Shown piece after piece: positions 12,201 through 25,000 of a stretch of DNA of 64,000 bases. The position numbers and the translations under genes are program-made. Below the pieces are notes generated by a model. The model saw nothing but the letters and a program-made list of their open reading frames with translations, did no database searches and had not been told where the DNA came from. Each line of letters opens with the position of its first letter. Position 1 is the first letter of the stretch. The stretch is from Lama guanicoe (lineage: Eukaryota): contig MU053561.1 in the NCBI GenBank assembly GCA_013239625.1, positions 4,279,992-4,343,991 on the forward strand. The letters run 5' to 3'.

Positions 12201-15046
12201 TTTCCTGAGTTCTGTGAGTCATTCTAGCAAATTATCAAATCTGAGAAGGGGGTTGTGGGAACCTCCAATTTATAGCCAGTTGGTCAGTAGTACAAATGGC
12301 AAGCCAGCACTGTAACTTAAATGGGAGCAGACTTGTGGGACTGAGCCCTTGAACTGTGGGGTCTACATTAACTACAGGTTGGTAGTGTCAGAATTTAATC
12401 AAATGGTAGGACACCCAGTTGGTGTCTGGAGAACTGGAGAATTGGCTCGCATGGGGAAAAACACATGCATGTTTTGTGTCAGAGTAAAAACAGATCAGGC
12501 AGTATCTGTTAACACGGAATGTGTTATGCATAACCCTATAACCCAGCAATTTTACTCCTAGGGATATATACCCAACCAAGATGTGTACATGTCAAGCACT
12601 AGAATTTTATAGTAGTGCTATTCATAAAAGCCTACTCTGGAAATTAACCACATGTCCATTAACATTACAACTGATAAGCTGTGGTACAGTCCTACAATGA
12701 AATGCCAAATAGAAATAAAAATAAAGCAAGTTCAAGCAACAATATGGATGAATCTCATAAACATAATATTAAGTGAAAACATAAAAATATTATGTTTCTA
12801 ATTATAGAAAATGCAAAAACAGGTATATCTAATATTAGAAGTTAGGACAATTGGCCTTGGAGGAGGGGCTAGCAACTGGAAGGGGAAACAATCAGCTCTT
12901 CTGAGGCGACAGTATGTTCTGTGTTTTAATCTGAATGCTGGTAATAAGGTTATGTTCAGTTTGTAAAGATTTATCAAGTTGTATAATCAGGATCTGTGCA
13001 TTTTTCCTGCATATATTTCAATAGAAAGTGTTTTTTAAGAAATTCTTAAATAGAGATCATTCCATATTCTGAGTAACAGAATAGTAAATACAATAAAATA
13101 ATTTTACATAAAAGCCTCTCTAAGCTATGTAATTTACTAATCTTCATAATTTCCACAAGGTGGATAATATTGTATATATAATAGGATATGAGTGGGACTC
13201 TTTCTTTTGCTCTATACTTGTCAACGAAAGCATGAAGCTGGTGGGAAAGTGCTAGTAACACATATTCTAAAGGAAGCAACCTATGATTAAGGCCAGCTCC
13301 ATCTCTAAGGCTTATTAAAAATGGTAGAACAGGCCCAACAATTACCAAACATCTCCCTTACTCCCAGTTATTTTAAGGAAACTGGGAGGGAAAGGCATGA
13401 ATTTCAGCTTAGAAGGGTAAAGACAGGTTGAAATACTCTTCCCCTCAACTTCCCTGAGGAAAAAACTCTAAAAAGCAGCCTTATAAAGACTAGGGGTGAC
13501 TTCAAGAAGGGGAGACCGGCATCTTATTCTCCAGATGGACATAAACTTGGGCAGAAAATTTGTTTTTCTGTCTTTGTGTCTGGCTGAGCAGTCAAAAGAA
13601 ATTGGAGACAAGATGGCAGAGAAAGGGGAATGCAGAGTCAGAAGTAGAGCATTATATACTGCTATTTAAGTCCTGAAAAGTTGACTGAATTCCCCATAGA
13701 TTAAGTGGACATGTGGAAGACAGCTAGATATGAGCCACCTTGCTAGTGGCACCTGCTCCAAGAGGGCTGACTGCTAAGTAAAAGACTCCAGCAGCAAGAT
13801 TATGAAGAGTAAACAGCAAAGAGAGGTAACTGAGGTGATAATGGAAAATGTCAAGTTAAAACTAGATTTTGCACATCAGGGACCTATGCATTGGTGAATG
13901 CGAGAAAAAGATGTCATTAAGTTGTGAACAGTGACAGATTAAAAAATGAAACCATTTTATGCTAGTTTAACAAATAATTAAAACTTTTAAGAAAATGGTT
14001 CTATATCTATGTGTGCAATACCACATATATGGTATGTGATACTAGAGATTTCTTTTTATTTAAAAAAATTACTGCTTTCTTAGAAATTTTAGCAACAAAC
14101 CTTTGGTAATGGTGCAGATAAAGTATTTTTGGCAGATGTCCACAGATTGTTTCTTTTATCTTTTGATTTGCCATGATCAGCTGATGCGAATTTTCGAGAT
14201 ATATTTTGTGAAGGAGCTGCTTTAGAATCAAATTTCCAATAACTAGTTTCAGGTGTTTCCAGTGAAGATGTCTGTGTTTTCTATATTAAACACAAAAGTG
14301 AATAAAATCATCAGTAAAGTCACTTTAATTAAAATGCACCAATGAGTAGAAGTAACACTGAAATAAACCAGAATTTACCACCAAATTTGTTATTGATTAG
14401 AAAACTTTGAATAAATTACACTTATCTTCTTTGTCACTTCATTTTCCCATTTAAGATGAAAATGGTATCTGCCCCTCTCTGTCTTCACAGAGCTGCTATA
14501 AAAACAAGTAAGACATCTCAAATCCCCATTTGACCAAAAGTTGAGGATTCTCCAAAGAAAAATCTCTATTCCTGGTGGCAAAAAATCTTAATCTGTGGCT
14601 CATTCCAATAGCCTGAAAGCAAAAGGGCATTCTCTTTTATGCTTTCATATTTCCTCTATCACCTATAAACATATCAGCTGTTTCCTATTCACTAGCCTCA
14701 CTTCCTCTAAAAAAAAAAGAGAAGAAAAAATTTTAAAGAACTAGAGAAATTTTCAAAAAAAAAGTGAAAAAATAGTTTTTGCTTTAATTCTGAAAATAAA
14801 CAAATTGCAAATTTACTTTAAATACTTAGACTTTATTTCAACTCAATTTTTTCAAATTCTCTTTCTCTTACCTTTATACATATATTCCTTCAGCACTTGA
14901 CCTAGCTTTCTAGTGAAAACTAGTAATAGTTGTTCTGGTGGACTCCTACATGAAACCCAGCTCATCAGTCTCTATTTCAGAACTTCCTTCAGTTATAAAC
15001 ATCTCCATGAATACAATTATGGCTATTAATCACTAGAAAGAATGAA

Positions 15047-15086
<40 letters not shown>

Positions 15087-18000
15087 ACACACACACACAC
15101 ATACAAAGGCTACTCTCAGAACAAAAGCTTGGTGGTTGAATCTGGAGTGAGTTTAAATTAGGAGGGTATAGCATGCAGGATTAAGAGGTGACCATGCATG
15201 TTATGAAAAAACACTGGATGATGAGTCAAGTAATATGCTGTTTTCTCCTGGATCTTTTACTGCCTTGTCGGATAATTTTAAGTAAATCTCCAAGTATCTC
15301 CAGGCTTAAACTTATCCACCTACATAATCAAGGAGCTAAATGACTTGGAAAACTATAAGACACTGATGAAAGAAACTGAATATGACACAAACAGATGGAA
15401 AGATACACCATGTTCATGGATTAGAAGAACTAATATTGTTAAAACGACCATATTACCCAAGGCAATATACAGATTCAATGAAATACCTATCAAAATACCA
15501 ATAGCGTTTTAGAATTGGAACAAACCATTTTAAAATTGGTATGAAAACACAAAAGACCCTGAATAGCCAAAACAATCTTGAGAAAGAAGAACGAAGCTGG
15601 AGATAAGCTTCCTAAAATTCAGACTGTACTACAAAGCTTCAGTAATTGAAACAGTATGGTACTGGCACAAAGATTAGACATAAATCAATGGAACAGAACA
15701 GAGAGCACAGAAATCAACCCATGCACTTACGGTCAATTAATCTATGACAAAGGAGGTAAAAATATACAATGAGAAAAGACAGCCTCTTTAGTAGATAGTG
15801 CATGGGAAACTGGACAGCTACATATAAAAGAATGAAATTAGAACTTTTCTAACACTATATACAAAAATAAAGCCAAAATTTGAATTAAAGACCTAAATGT
15901 GAGACCAGAAAACATAAAACTCCTAGAACAAAACACAGGTAGAACACTCTTTGACATAAATCACAGCAATATTTTTTGGCTCTGTCTCCTAACGCAAAGG
16001 AAACAAAAGCAAAAATATACAAATGGGACCTAATTAAACTTAGAAGTTTTTACACAGCAAAGGAAACCACTGACAAAACAAAAAGCCTACTGAATGGGAG
16101 AAAATATTTGCAAATAGTATGACTGATAAGGGGTTAATATCCAACAAATATAAATAGCTCATACAACACAACAACAAAAAAATGAACCCAATTAAAAAAT
16201 GGGCAGAGAACCTGAAGATATTTTTCCAAAGAAGACATATATGGAAGGTCAACAGGCACATGAAAAGATGCTCAACATCGTTAATTATCAGAGAAATACA
16301 AATAAAAACTACAATGAGATATCACCTCACACTTGTCAGATTGGTTATTATCAAAAAGACCACAAATAACAAATGTGGAGGAAAGGAAATCCTGGTACAC
16401 TGTTGGTGGGAATATAAATTGGTGCAGCTACTTTAGAAAACAGTGTGGATGTTTCTCAAAAAACCAAAAATAGAACTACCATATGAGCCAGCAATTCCAC
16501 TCCTGGGTATACATCCAAAGAAAAGAAAAGCATTAATTACACCACTTCAACAAGAGAGGACAAAAATCACATGACCATCTCAATAGATGCAGGAAAAGCA
16601 TCTGATAAAATTCAACATCCATTTATGATAAAAACTCTTACCAAAGTGGGTATAGAGGGAACAAATCTCACCATAATAAAAGCTATTTATAACAAACCTA
16701 CAGCCAGCATAATACTCAATGGTGAAAAGCTGAAAGCCTTCCTCCTAAAATCTGGAACAAGACAAGGATGCTCACTCTTACCACTTCTATTCAATATAGT
16801 ATTGGAAGTCCTAGCCATAGCAAGTAGACAAGAAAAAGAAATAAAAGGCATCCAAACAGGAAGAGGTGAAATTGTCATTATATGCAGATGACATAATACT
16901 ATATGTAGAAAACCCTAAAGGCTTCACACAAAAACTACTAGAGCTAATAAAAGAATTTGGCAAGGTAGCAGGATACAAGATTAACATACAGAAATCAGTG
17001 GTATTTCTTTACACTAATAATGAAATGTCAGAAAAGGAAAGTAAAGAAACAATCCCTTTTAAAACTGTATCCAAAAGAATAAAAGACTTAGGAATAAATC
17101 TGACCAAAGAAGTGAAAGATCTATATGCAAAGAACTACAAGACACTGACTAAGGAAATTAAAGCTGACATAAAGAAATGGAAAGATATCCCATGTTCTAG
17201 GATTGGAAGGATTAATATTGTTAAAATGGCTATGCTACCCAAAGCAATCTACAGATTTAATGCAATCCCTATCAAATTACCCAGGACATTTTTCATAGAA
17301 TTAGAACAAATAATCCTAAAATTTATATGGAATCACAAAAGACCCGGACTTGCCAAAGCATTACTGAGGAAAAAGAATGAAGCTGGAGGAATAACCCTCC
17401 CAGACTTCAGGCAATACTACAGAGTTACAGTAAACAAAACAGCATGGTACTGGTACAAAAATAGACATATGGATCAACGGAACAGAATAGAGAGCCCAGA
17501 AACCCACATACTCAATTAATCTTTGACAAAGGAGGCAAGAACATACAATGGAGTAAAAACAGTCTCTTCAGCAAATGGTGTTGGGAAAACTGGACAGAGC
17601 TGCATGTAATCAATGAAGTTAGAATATTCCCTCACATCATACACAAAAATAAACTCAAAATGGCTTAAAGGTTTAAACATAAGATAAGACACTATAAACC
17701 TCTTAGAAGAAACCATAGGCAAAACACTATCTGACAAATCTCAGCAATGTTCTCCTAGGGCAATCTACCCAGACAATAGAAATAAAAGCAAAATTAAACA
17801 GACAGGATCTAATTAAACTAATAAGCTGTTGCACAGCAAAGGAAACCATAAGCAAAACAAAAAGACAACCTACAGAATGGGAGAAAATATTTGCAAAAGA
17901 TGAGACTGACAAGGGCTTAATCTCCAGAATATATAAACAGCTCATACAACTTAACAAGAAAAAACAAACAACCCAATGGGCAGAAGACCTAAACAAACAA

Positions 18001-19032
18001 TTCTCCAGTGAAGACATTCGAATAGCCAATAGGCACATGAAAAACTGCTCAATATCGCTAATTATCAGAGAAATTCAAATCAAAACAACAATGAGGTATC
18101 ACCTCATAGCAGTCAGAATGGCCATAATTCAGAAGTCCACAAACAATAAATGCTGGAGAGGGTGTGAGAAAAAGGGAACCCTCCTACACTGTTGGTGGGA
18201 ATGTAAATTGGTGCAGCCACTACGGAGGACACTATGGAGGTTCCTTAAAAAACTAAAAATATACTTAACCACATGATCCAGCAATCCCTCTCCAGGGCAT
18301 ATAACCAGAGGGAACTCTAATTTGAAAAGACACATGCACCCCAATGTTCATAGCAGCACTATTTACAATAGCCAAGACATGGAAACAACCTAAATGACCA
18401 TCAATAGATGACTGGATAAAGAAGTTGTGGTATATTTACAATGGAATACTACTCAGCCATAAAAAATGATAAAATAATGCCATTTGCTGCAACATGGATG
18501 GGCCTGGAGAATGTCATTTTAGGTGAAGTAAGCCAGAAAGAGAAAGGAAAATACCATATGCTATCACTTATATGTGGAATCTAAAAAGAAAAAAGAAGAA
18601 GACAAACAAACTTATTTACAAAACAGAAACAGACTCACAGACATAGATAACAAATTTATGGTTACAGGGGTAGAGATGGGGGTGGAAAGGGATAAATTGG
18701 GAGTTGAGATTTGCAGATACTACCTACTACATATAAAATAGATAAACAACAAATTTATACCATATATCACAGGCAACTATATTCAATATCTTGCAATAAC
18801 TTATGGTGAAGGAGAATATGAAAATGAATATGTGTATGTTCCTATATGACTGAAGTATTGTGCTGTATACCAGAAATTGACACAACATTGTAAACTGATT
18901 ATACTTCAACAAAAATATATCTTAAAAAAAGTTATATGCACCCCAATGTTCACAGCAGCATTACTTAAAATAGCTAAGATATGGAAGCAACCTAAGTGTT
19001 CGTCAACAGATGTATGAATAAAGATGTGAGGG

Positions 19033-19077
<45 letters not shown>

Positions 19078-22000
19078 ATGGAATACTACCCAACCATAAA
19101 AAAGAATGAAATTTTGCCATTTGCAACAACATGGATGGATTTGGAGGATATTATGCTTAGTGAAGTAAGTCAGACAGAGAAAGACAAACATTGTACAATA
19201 TTATTTATTTGTGGAAATATAAAAAATAAACTAGTATATAATAAAAAAAAAAAGCAGACTCACAGATATCACAGTGGGGAGAAGGGGGGAAGGGCAAGAT
19301 AGAATTAGGATACTATGAGGTATAAACTATTGTGTATAAAATAAATAAGCTACAAGGGTATACTGTACAGCACAGAGAATATAGCCAATATTTTATAATA
19401 AATATAAATGAAATATAACCTTCAAAAATTGTGAATCACTATGTTGTACACCTGAAACTTATTTAATATTGTAAGTCAATTGTACCTCAATTTAAAAATA
19501 AAATAAAATACAAAATTTTTAAAAGGCGGTTTTGCAGGTTTTTTGCCCAATTCAAGTGATCTCACTTCATGGTCCTTTTTCCAACAGGTATGAATTTTGG
19601 CAGCATTTTTTCACAGGGTTGCATTTTTATATCCTTTTCCCCAAATATTTCTACATCATAACTGATAACACAATACTTTGAGGGGTTTTTTGTGTTTTAT
19701 TGTTTTGTTTTGTTTTTGGAGGGGAGAGGCAATTAGGTTTATTTGTGTGTTTTTATTTTTATTTATTTATTTATTTTAAATGGAGGTACTGGGGACTGAA
19801 CCCAGGACCTCATGCATGCTAAGCATGCACTCTACCACTTGAGCTACCCTCACCCCTTTGCGAACACAATTTTCATGAAAGCAAAGTTTTTCTGCTCTCT
19901 AGACTCATCAGGAGTCATCCTCAGAATCTCCAAAATGTAACTGCTTTCATGGATAAATTTTTCTCACCCAGAAGGACTAAGAATGGCAACTGCACCACCT
20001 TGTGGTCATATCTGGGAATCTAACATTTCCCTGGTAGCCTGGTAGCCTAAAAGAAAATGCACCCCCATTGTAGACTACTGAAGTAACCCTCTTTATAATA
20101 TATCATGGAAATGTATGCACTTTCCTACAAGTTACATTTTTTCTTAATATTACATTTCCAGTGATGCATATATACAGAATATTCATGACTTGCTCTGTCA
20201 TACTTTTAAAACATTTATATGGCATTTCTTAAATGCCAACAAGCACTATTTTAAATGCTTTACAAATATTATCTCATTTATTCCTTGTAACAACTTTAGG
20301 AAAAAGATACTACTGCCTTTATAGATGAGAAAACTGAAGCATGAAGTAACATGCTCAAATTTAGTAATGTTTGATAAACCTAATGATTATCATATGTAAG
20401 GCTTGTGATACTTCAGTATTGTGGGAATAAAGCAAAGCACACCAAAGCCTATTTAAATCTTTTCATCTCTTTTATCACTTTCTCATTATTTGCAATATGT
20501 ATATCCAAACCCCAACATAAAATATAAAATATATACATAAATATAAAATAATTCCCATTAAATAAATGTTTATTTAATTAAAATATAAATAAAATAATTC
20601 CCATTAACTGGTCTACTTGATAACACATATAAATAATAGGCATATATTACTGGAATTATACATGCATCAAAACAACTCTAAGAATATATGATATATACTT
20701 TCATAATATGAACACATTCTACATTTAGAAATGAATACTGCAGTTTAACCAATTTATTATCTTCATCAGACACTTCCCTTAGACTATACCTAACGCTCCT
20801 GGCTAATTTTACTATGATAACAACTTCTCCAAATATAATGTTTTCAAGTGTCTCTCACAATGTCTGGACATATGAAGCACTCAATATTCACTCAGAGATA
20901 CAATATTTCTTCTTTTCTTCTCTTTCTTTGAACCCAAATGTAACAAAATTGTAGCACTGTTTATATGTAACAATTGAACTGTTCTCAATTACTGTCACTT
21001 TCTGTTTATAGTCAGAACGTCTGTGGGGACTTAGGTGACTACATCACTGTGTATAAAGAATATTTAATCATTTAAACTAAAATTTGCAATTAAAATTTTC
21101 TGTAATTATCCTATATTACCAAATGGATTAGAAGCTGAATAGAATTCTTTCTCATACCTGGTGTTTCCTTCTAAGTGCAGGAAACATTCCTAACCTCTCT
21201 CTGCTTCCTTGGGGGGAGGAGCAACAACTTAATGCGATTGTTGAATTTGAAAGGAGTAACTAGGGACAAACAGTTTAGCCCCTTCCTTACTACTCTCCTT
21301 AAGTACCAGGGAAGCACACATTCTATTCTATGCCATACATTTTACAAGAGCAGGCCAATCAAGTACGTAGACTTGTCCTGGTCCAGCTCTACCAGTGACA
21401 GGGTAGATAAATTTGTTTAATTTAGGATTTCAGGATTAAGAAATACTCTTGCCTTCAAACATAAGCCACATTCTCCAATATTAGTTGTCAGTAATAAAGA
21501 TATTATTTTGATTTTCACTATCTTTCTCAATTGGCTCAGACCTAAGTAAGGAAAGCAAGATGTTATTTATTTAGCCCTCTCAAAACCTAAAATTAGACTT
21601 AAATACAAGCTTTAGAATTTTTAATGAAAATATTTTGCCTCTAACGTTGGAAATTTCTCAAGGGAGAAATATACAAGTGCCTAATTAAAGATAATACTAT
21701 AATAAAAGTTATAGAAGATTAAAATCTTCTCTAAATTTCCAAACAAAAAATGCCTTGAAATTTTTAGCAAATGTCTTTGATTTAATAAATGGCAAGAAAC
21801 AGTTATGAAAATGAAACTGTGTGATATATTTTTGTTCTTTTCCCATTTATGAATAAAAAAATTTAACCAGAAAATGAAATGGTTATAAAGAGATCTATGA
21901 GAATTATATAAAACTCTTACCTTGTCTTTTTTTTCTTTGAGAGTAACTGTGTTTTCTTTTGTCTCTCTTTTGAATTTTTCCTATTAAACATGAATATCAA

Positions 22001-25000
22001 GTATACACAAGTAGTTATTACTATTATAAAACAATTAATGTTTCTATTATCAAATCTTTCCTAAGAAGTATTAACAAAGAACACTGCCCTCTAAATCTTA
22101 TAAAGCAATGAAAAGAAAAAAGAAAAACAAAGTTCCTTTTCTACAGAGGTATGTTATTTGGTTTTCATTATCTTTTTTAAAAATTCTGATCTGTCTCTAG
22201 CAGGTATCTAAGGAACACTGAAGAAGGTCCTTTAAAAACTCTGAATCTCAGCTTTCTCATTTGTAAAATGAAGTGGATGAATCAGATCATAAAGTAAAGG
22301 ATATACACAAGTAACTAACTGTAAAGAGCTGCAAAGAGATTCAAAATATTATGAGTCTTTAGAGGCAGAATCCACTTTTTCTCTTTATATTGAGAAAAGC
22401 ATTTCAGTTGGACACTGAATAATGAATTTTCAACATAAGATAAAAAGTGATGAAGGATAAAAAGAAAATTTAAAAAAGTACAAAATACTTAGGAAATAAC
22501 ACATCATTTCTCTAGTGCTCCAGGAAATAATACATTTTGCTGTATATTAGGGTGTGTGTATTCAGTAGGAAAAAAGAAAAATTAACCCTGGCCTAGGGAA
22601 AAGAATATGTGCAATGCCTTTAATATAACAGTCATTTGGAAAACAGAATTGTTACAGCCGCAAGGAGCCTTAAAGTTCTCATGGAAGGGAAAGTTTCAAT
22701 GTGTAGAACTTCAGGCAAACTTGCCTTGCCTGTCCATGATGCCTATGCCAATACCTGTACTCACTGAATGCCTTATGTACACCACACCATGGTCTCTCTC
22801 CCAAAGTGTTGCTCCTAGTCAGAGAATACTCTTCATCATGAAAGGATAAAGTATAGCCTCTAAACTAACAAAATTACACTGACCCTCAAAATATGTATCT
22901 TGGCTTCTAGAGGACAGAAAGGAGAAGGCACCTTCTACAACTGCATTTTTTCTAAAACTCTGACTTTTGCTGGTCTAGAGATCTTACTACAATCTGCTCT
23001 GATATACCAAGTGTTTCCAGAGAGTGAATTAGAAAGATGTGTCTTTGACAGTGTCTCATTGATCATGAGTTCCCTAAGACCAAAATAACGGGCAGTCCAC
23101 CAAGTTCCCTATTTAATCTGAGTATCTTAAAAAATGCTTCTAATATGGTCTGGCAAAGAGAGGATTGACTTGAGTTACAGAAGTAGAGGATGACAGTCCC
23201 TGTGACTAAATTTCATACCTGAAAAAATTTACAAACTTAGAATCCTTTAAATTAATAGGAAGCCTGGTACTCTTGTGGAAGGATTTTGCAATCACATCAC
23301 AAAGATATACTGCACCCTTCCTACTACCATGTGCACTGAAAGAAATACTAAGATTTATGGGTAATTGGACATTGACAATGAGCTAACACCAATTTTTGTA
23401 AACCATAATGTTACTATTTGCACTAGTTTGAGCACAGATGTATTGGGATCAGGTGATAAATATCATTTACTCCAAGTCCACTTCATGGTGAGCCCATGGT
23501 ACCATAAACCCATTCTGTGGTTATTTCTTTAGATCCTGAGTATTCAGTTGAACAGATAAACTCAATAAGAGGCATAATCCCCATATTGATTCTGACTAAA
23601 GAGTGAGAGATTTTTATATTTGGAAAAACCAAATGGAAAACTTTAAAACTCTCTCTCTATATCAAGAATGTAAACAAATATACAAAATAACACATCTCAC
23701 TGAGTTAGAGATCAAGCCATGAAAGATGTAGGAAAGGTGATTTAACACAGTCTCACAAAACCAACCTATTTTAAGTGGAAGCTAAGACTTTCATATGGTA
23801 ACAATTTCTTCATACCAATGGGTATGCAAAATAGTTCAAAACTGGGATTGGCATTCTGGCTAGGAACAAAATTGAAAACAATGAAAAAGATATAAAAGAT
23901 GAGCTGAATTTCATATAAAAAGGTGAGCTGAATTTATGTAAATATAAAGCTCAACTTAAATATTGGAATTATGGTTACAGAATTTTATTAATCTTGACAA
24001 TGTAAAATAATAAAATATCAAAACTGTATATGTGGAAGAAGAGGTAGTAGGAGAAAGTATTAGATATATTGTTTAAAAATATAAAGGTAACCAGTAAAAT
24101 AATTAAAAAGATGATACACATCTTCCAGATCAACCAAAGACACACACAATTTAGAGAAAAAGATAATAAAATAAATAATATGTAATGTAAAATAAGATTA
24201 CAAAACATGATTAAAATATGTATCATATTGATAAGGTTTATGTCCACAATACATAAGGAACTTCTACAACTCAACCAAAAAAACAAATAACTCAATTTAA
24301 AAATGGGCAAATTATCTGAATAGACAGTTCTCCAAAGAGGATATACAAATGGCCAACAAGCAAATGAAAAGATGCCCACCATCACTAATTATAAGAGAAA
24401 TGCAAATCAAAACTACAGTGAGCTATCACTTCACATTCATTAGGATGACCATTATCAAAATAATAGAAAATAACAAGTGCTGGCAAGGATGCAGAGAAAT
24501 TGGAACACTTGCACATTACTAGTGGGAATGTAAAATGCTACGGTTATGAAAAACAGTATGGTGGTTCTTCAAAAATTTAGTAATAAATTTACCATATGAT
24601 TCAGGAATCCCACTCTCATGTAAAAAGCCAAAAGAATCCGAAGCAGGATCTCTAAGAGATATTGGCACACCTATGTTCCTTATAACATTAATAACAATAG
24701 CCAAGAGGTGGAAGCAACTCAAATGTCCATCACAGATGAATGGATAAAGAAAATGTGGTATACATATATACAAAGAAATATTATGTAGCTTTTAAAAAAA
24801 GAAAATTCAGTCACATGCTACAATATGGATGAACCTTGAAGACATTATCCTGATTGAAATAATCTAGTCACAGAAAGACAAATACTGTATAGTTCTACTC
24901 ATAAGAAGTATCTAAAGCAGTTAAAATCATAGAAACAGAGAAAAAAGTGTTTACAAAGAAGGGAAAAGGAATTAGTGTTCAATAGACATAATAGAGTTTC

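Larger units (their letters stand above)
15340..19520 (+). mobile_element. L1MA-type element (ORF2 3' half and 3'UTR) split by a younger L1
   Basis: Segments 15340-16537 and 18930-19520 join at cattaatt|aaaagttatatgcacccc. Confidence 0.85.

Noticed and set aside
16571..18276. Reverse-transcriptase ORFs as an active element or a novel RT system
   Set aside because: Ordinary L1 ORF2, 5'-truncated and broken by frameshifts
19522..19650. Possible processed-pseudogene fragment after the L1 tail
   Set aside because: No recognisable protein, poly(A) or TSD
23895..23945. Short tandem duplications here and at 51066-51108, 56502-56530 and 59473-59509 as an array or CRISPR-like repeat
   Set aside because: Two copies only, no spacers, eukaryotic context; ordinary slippage
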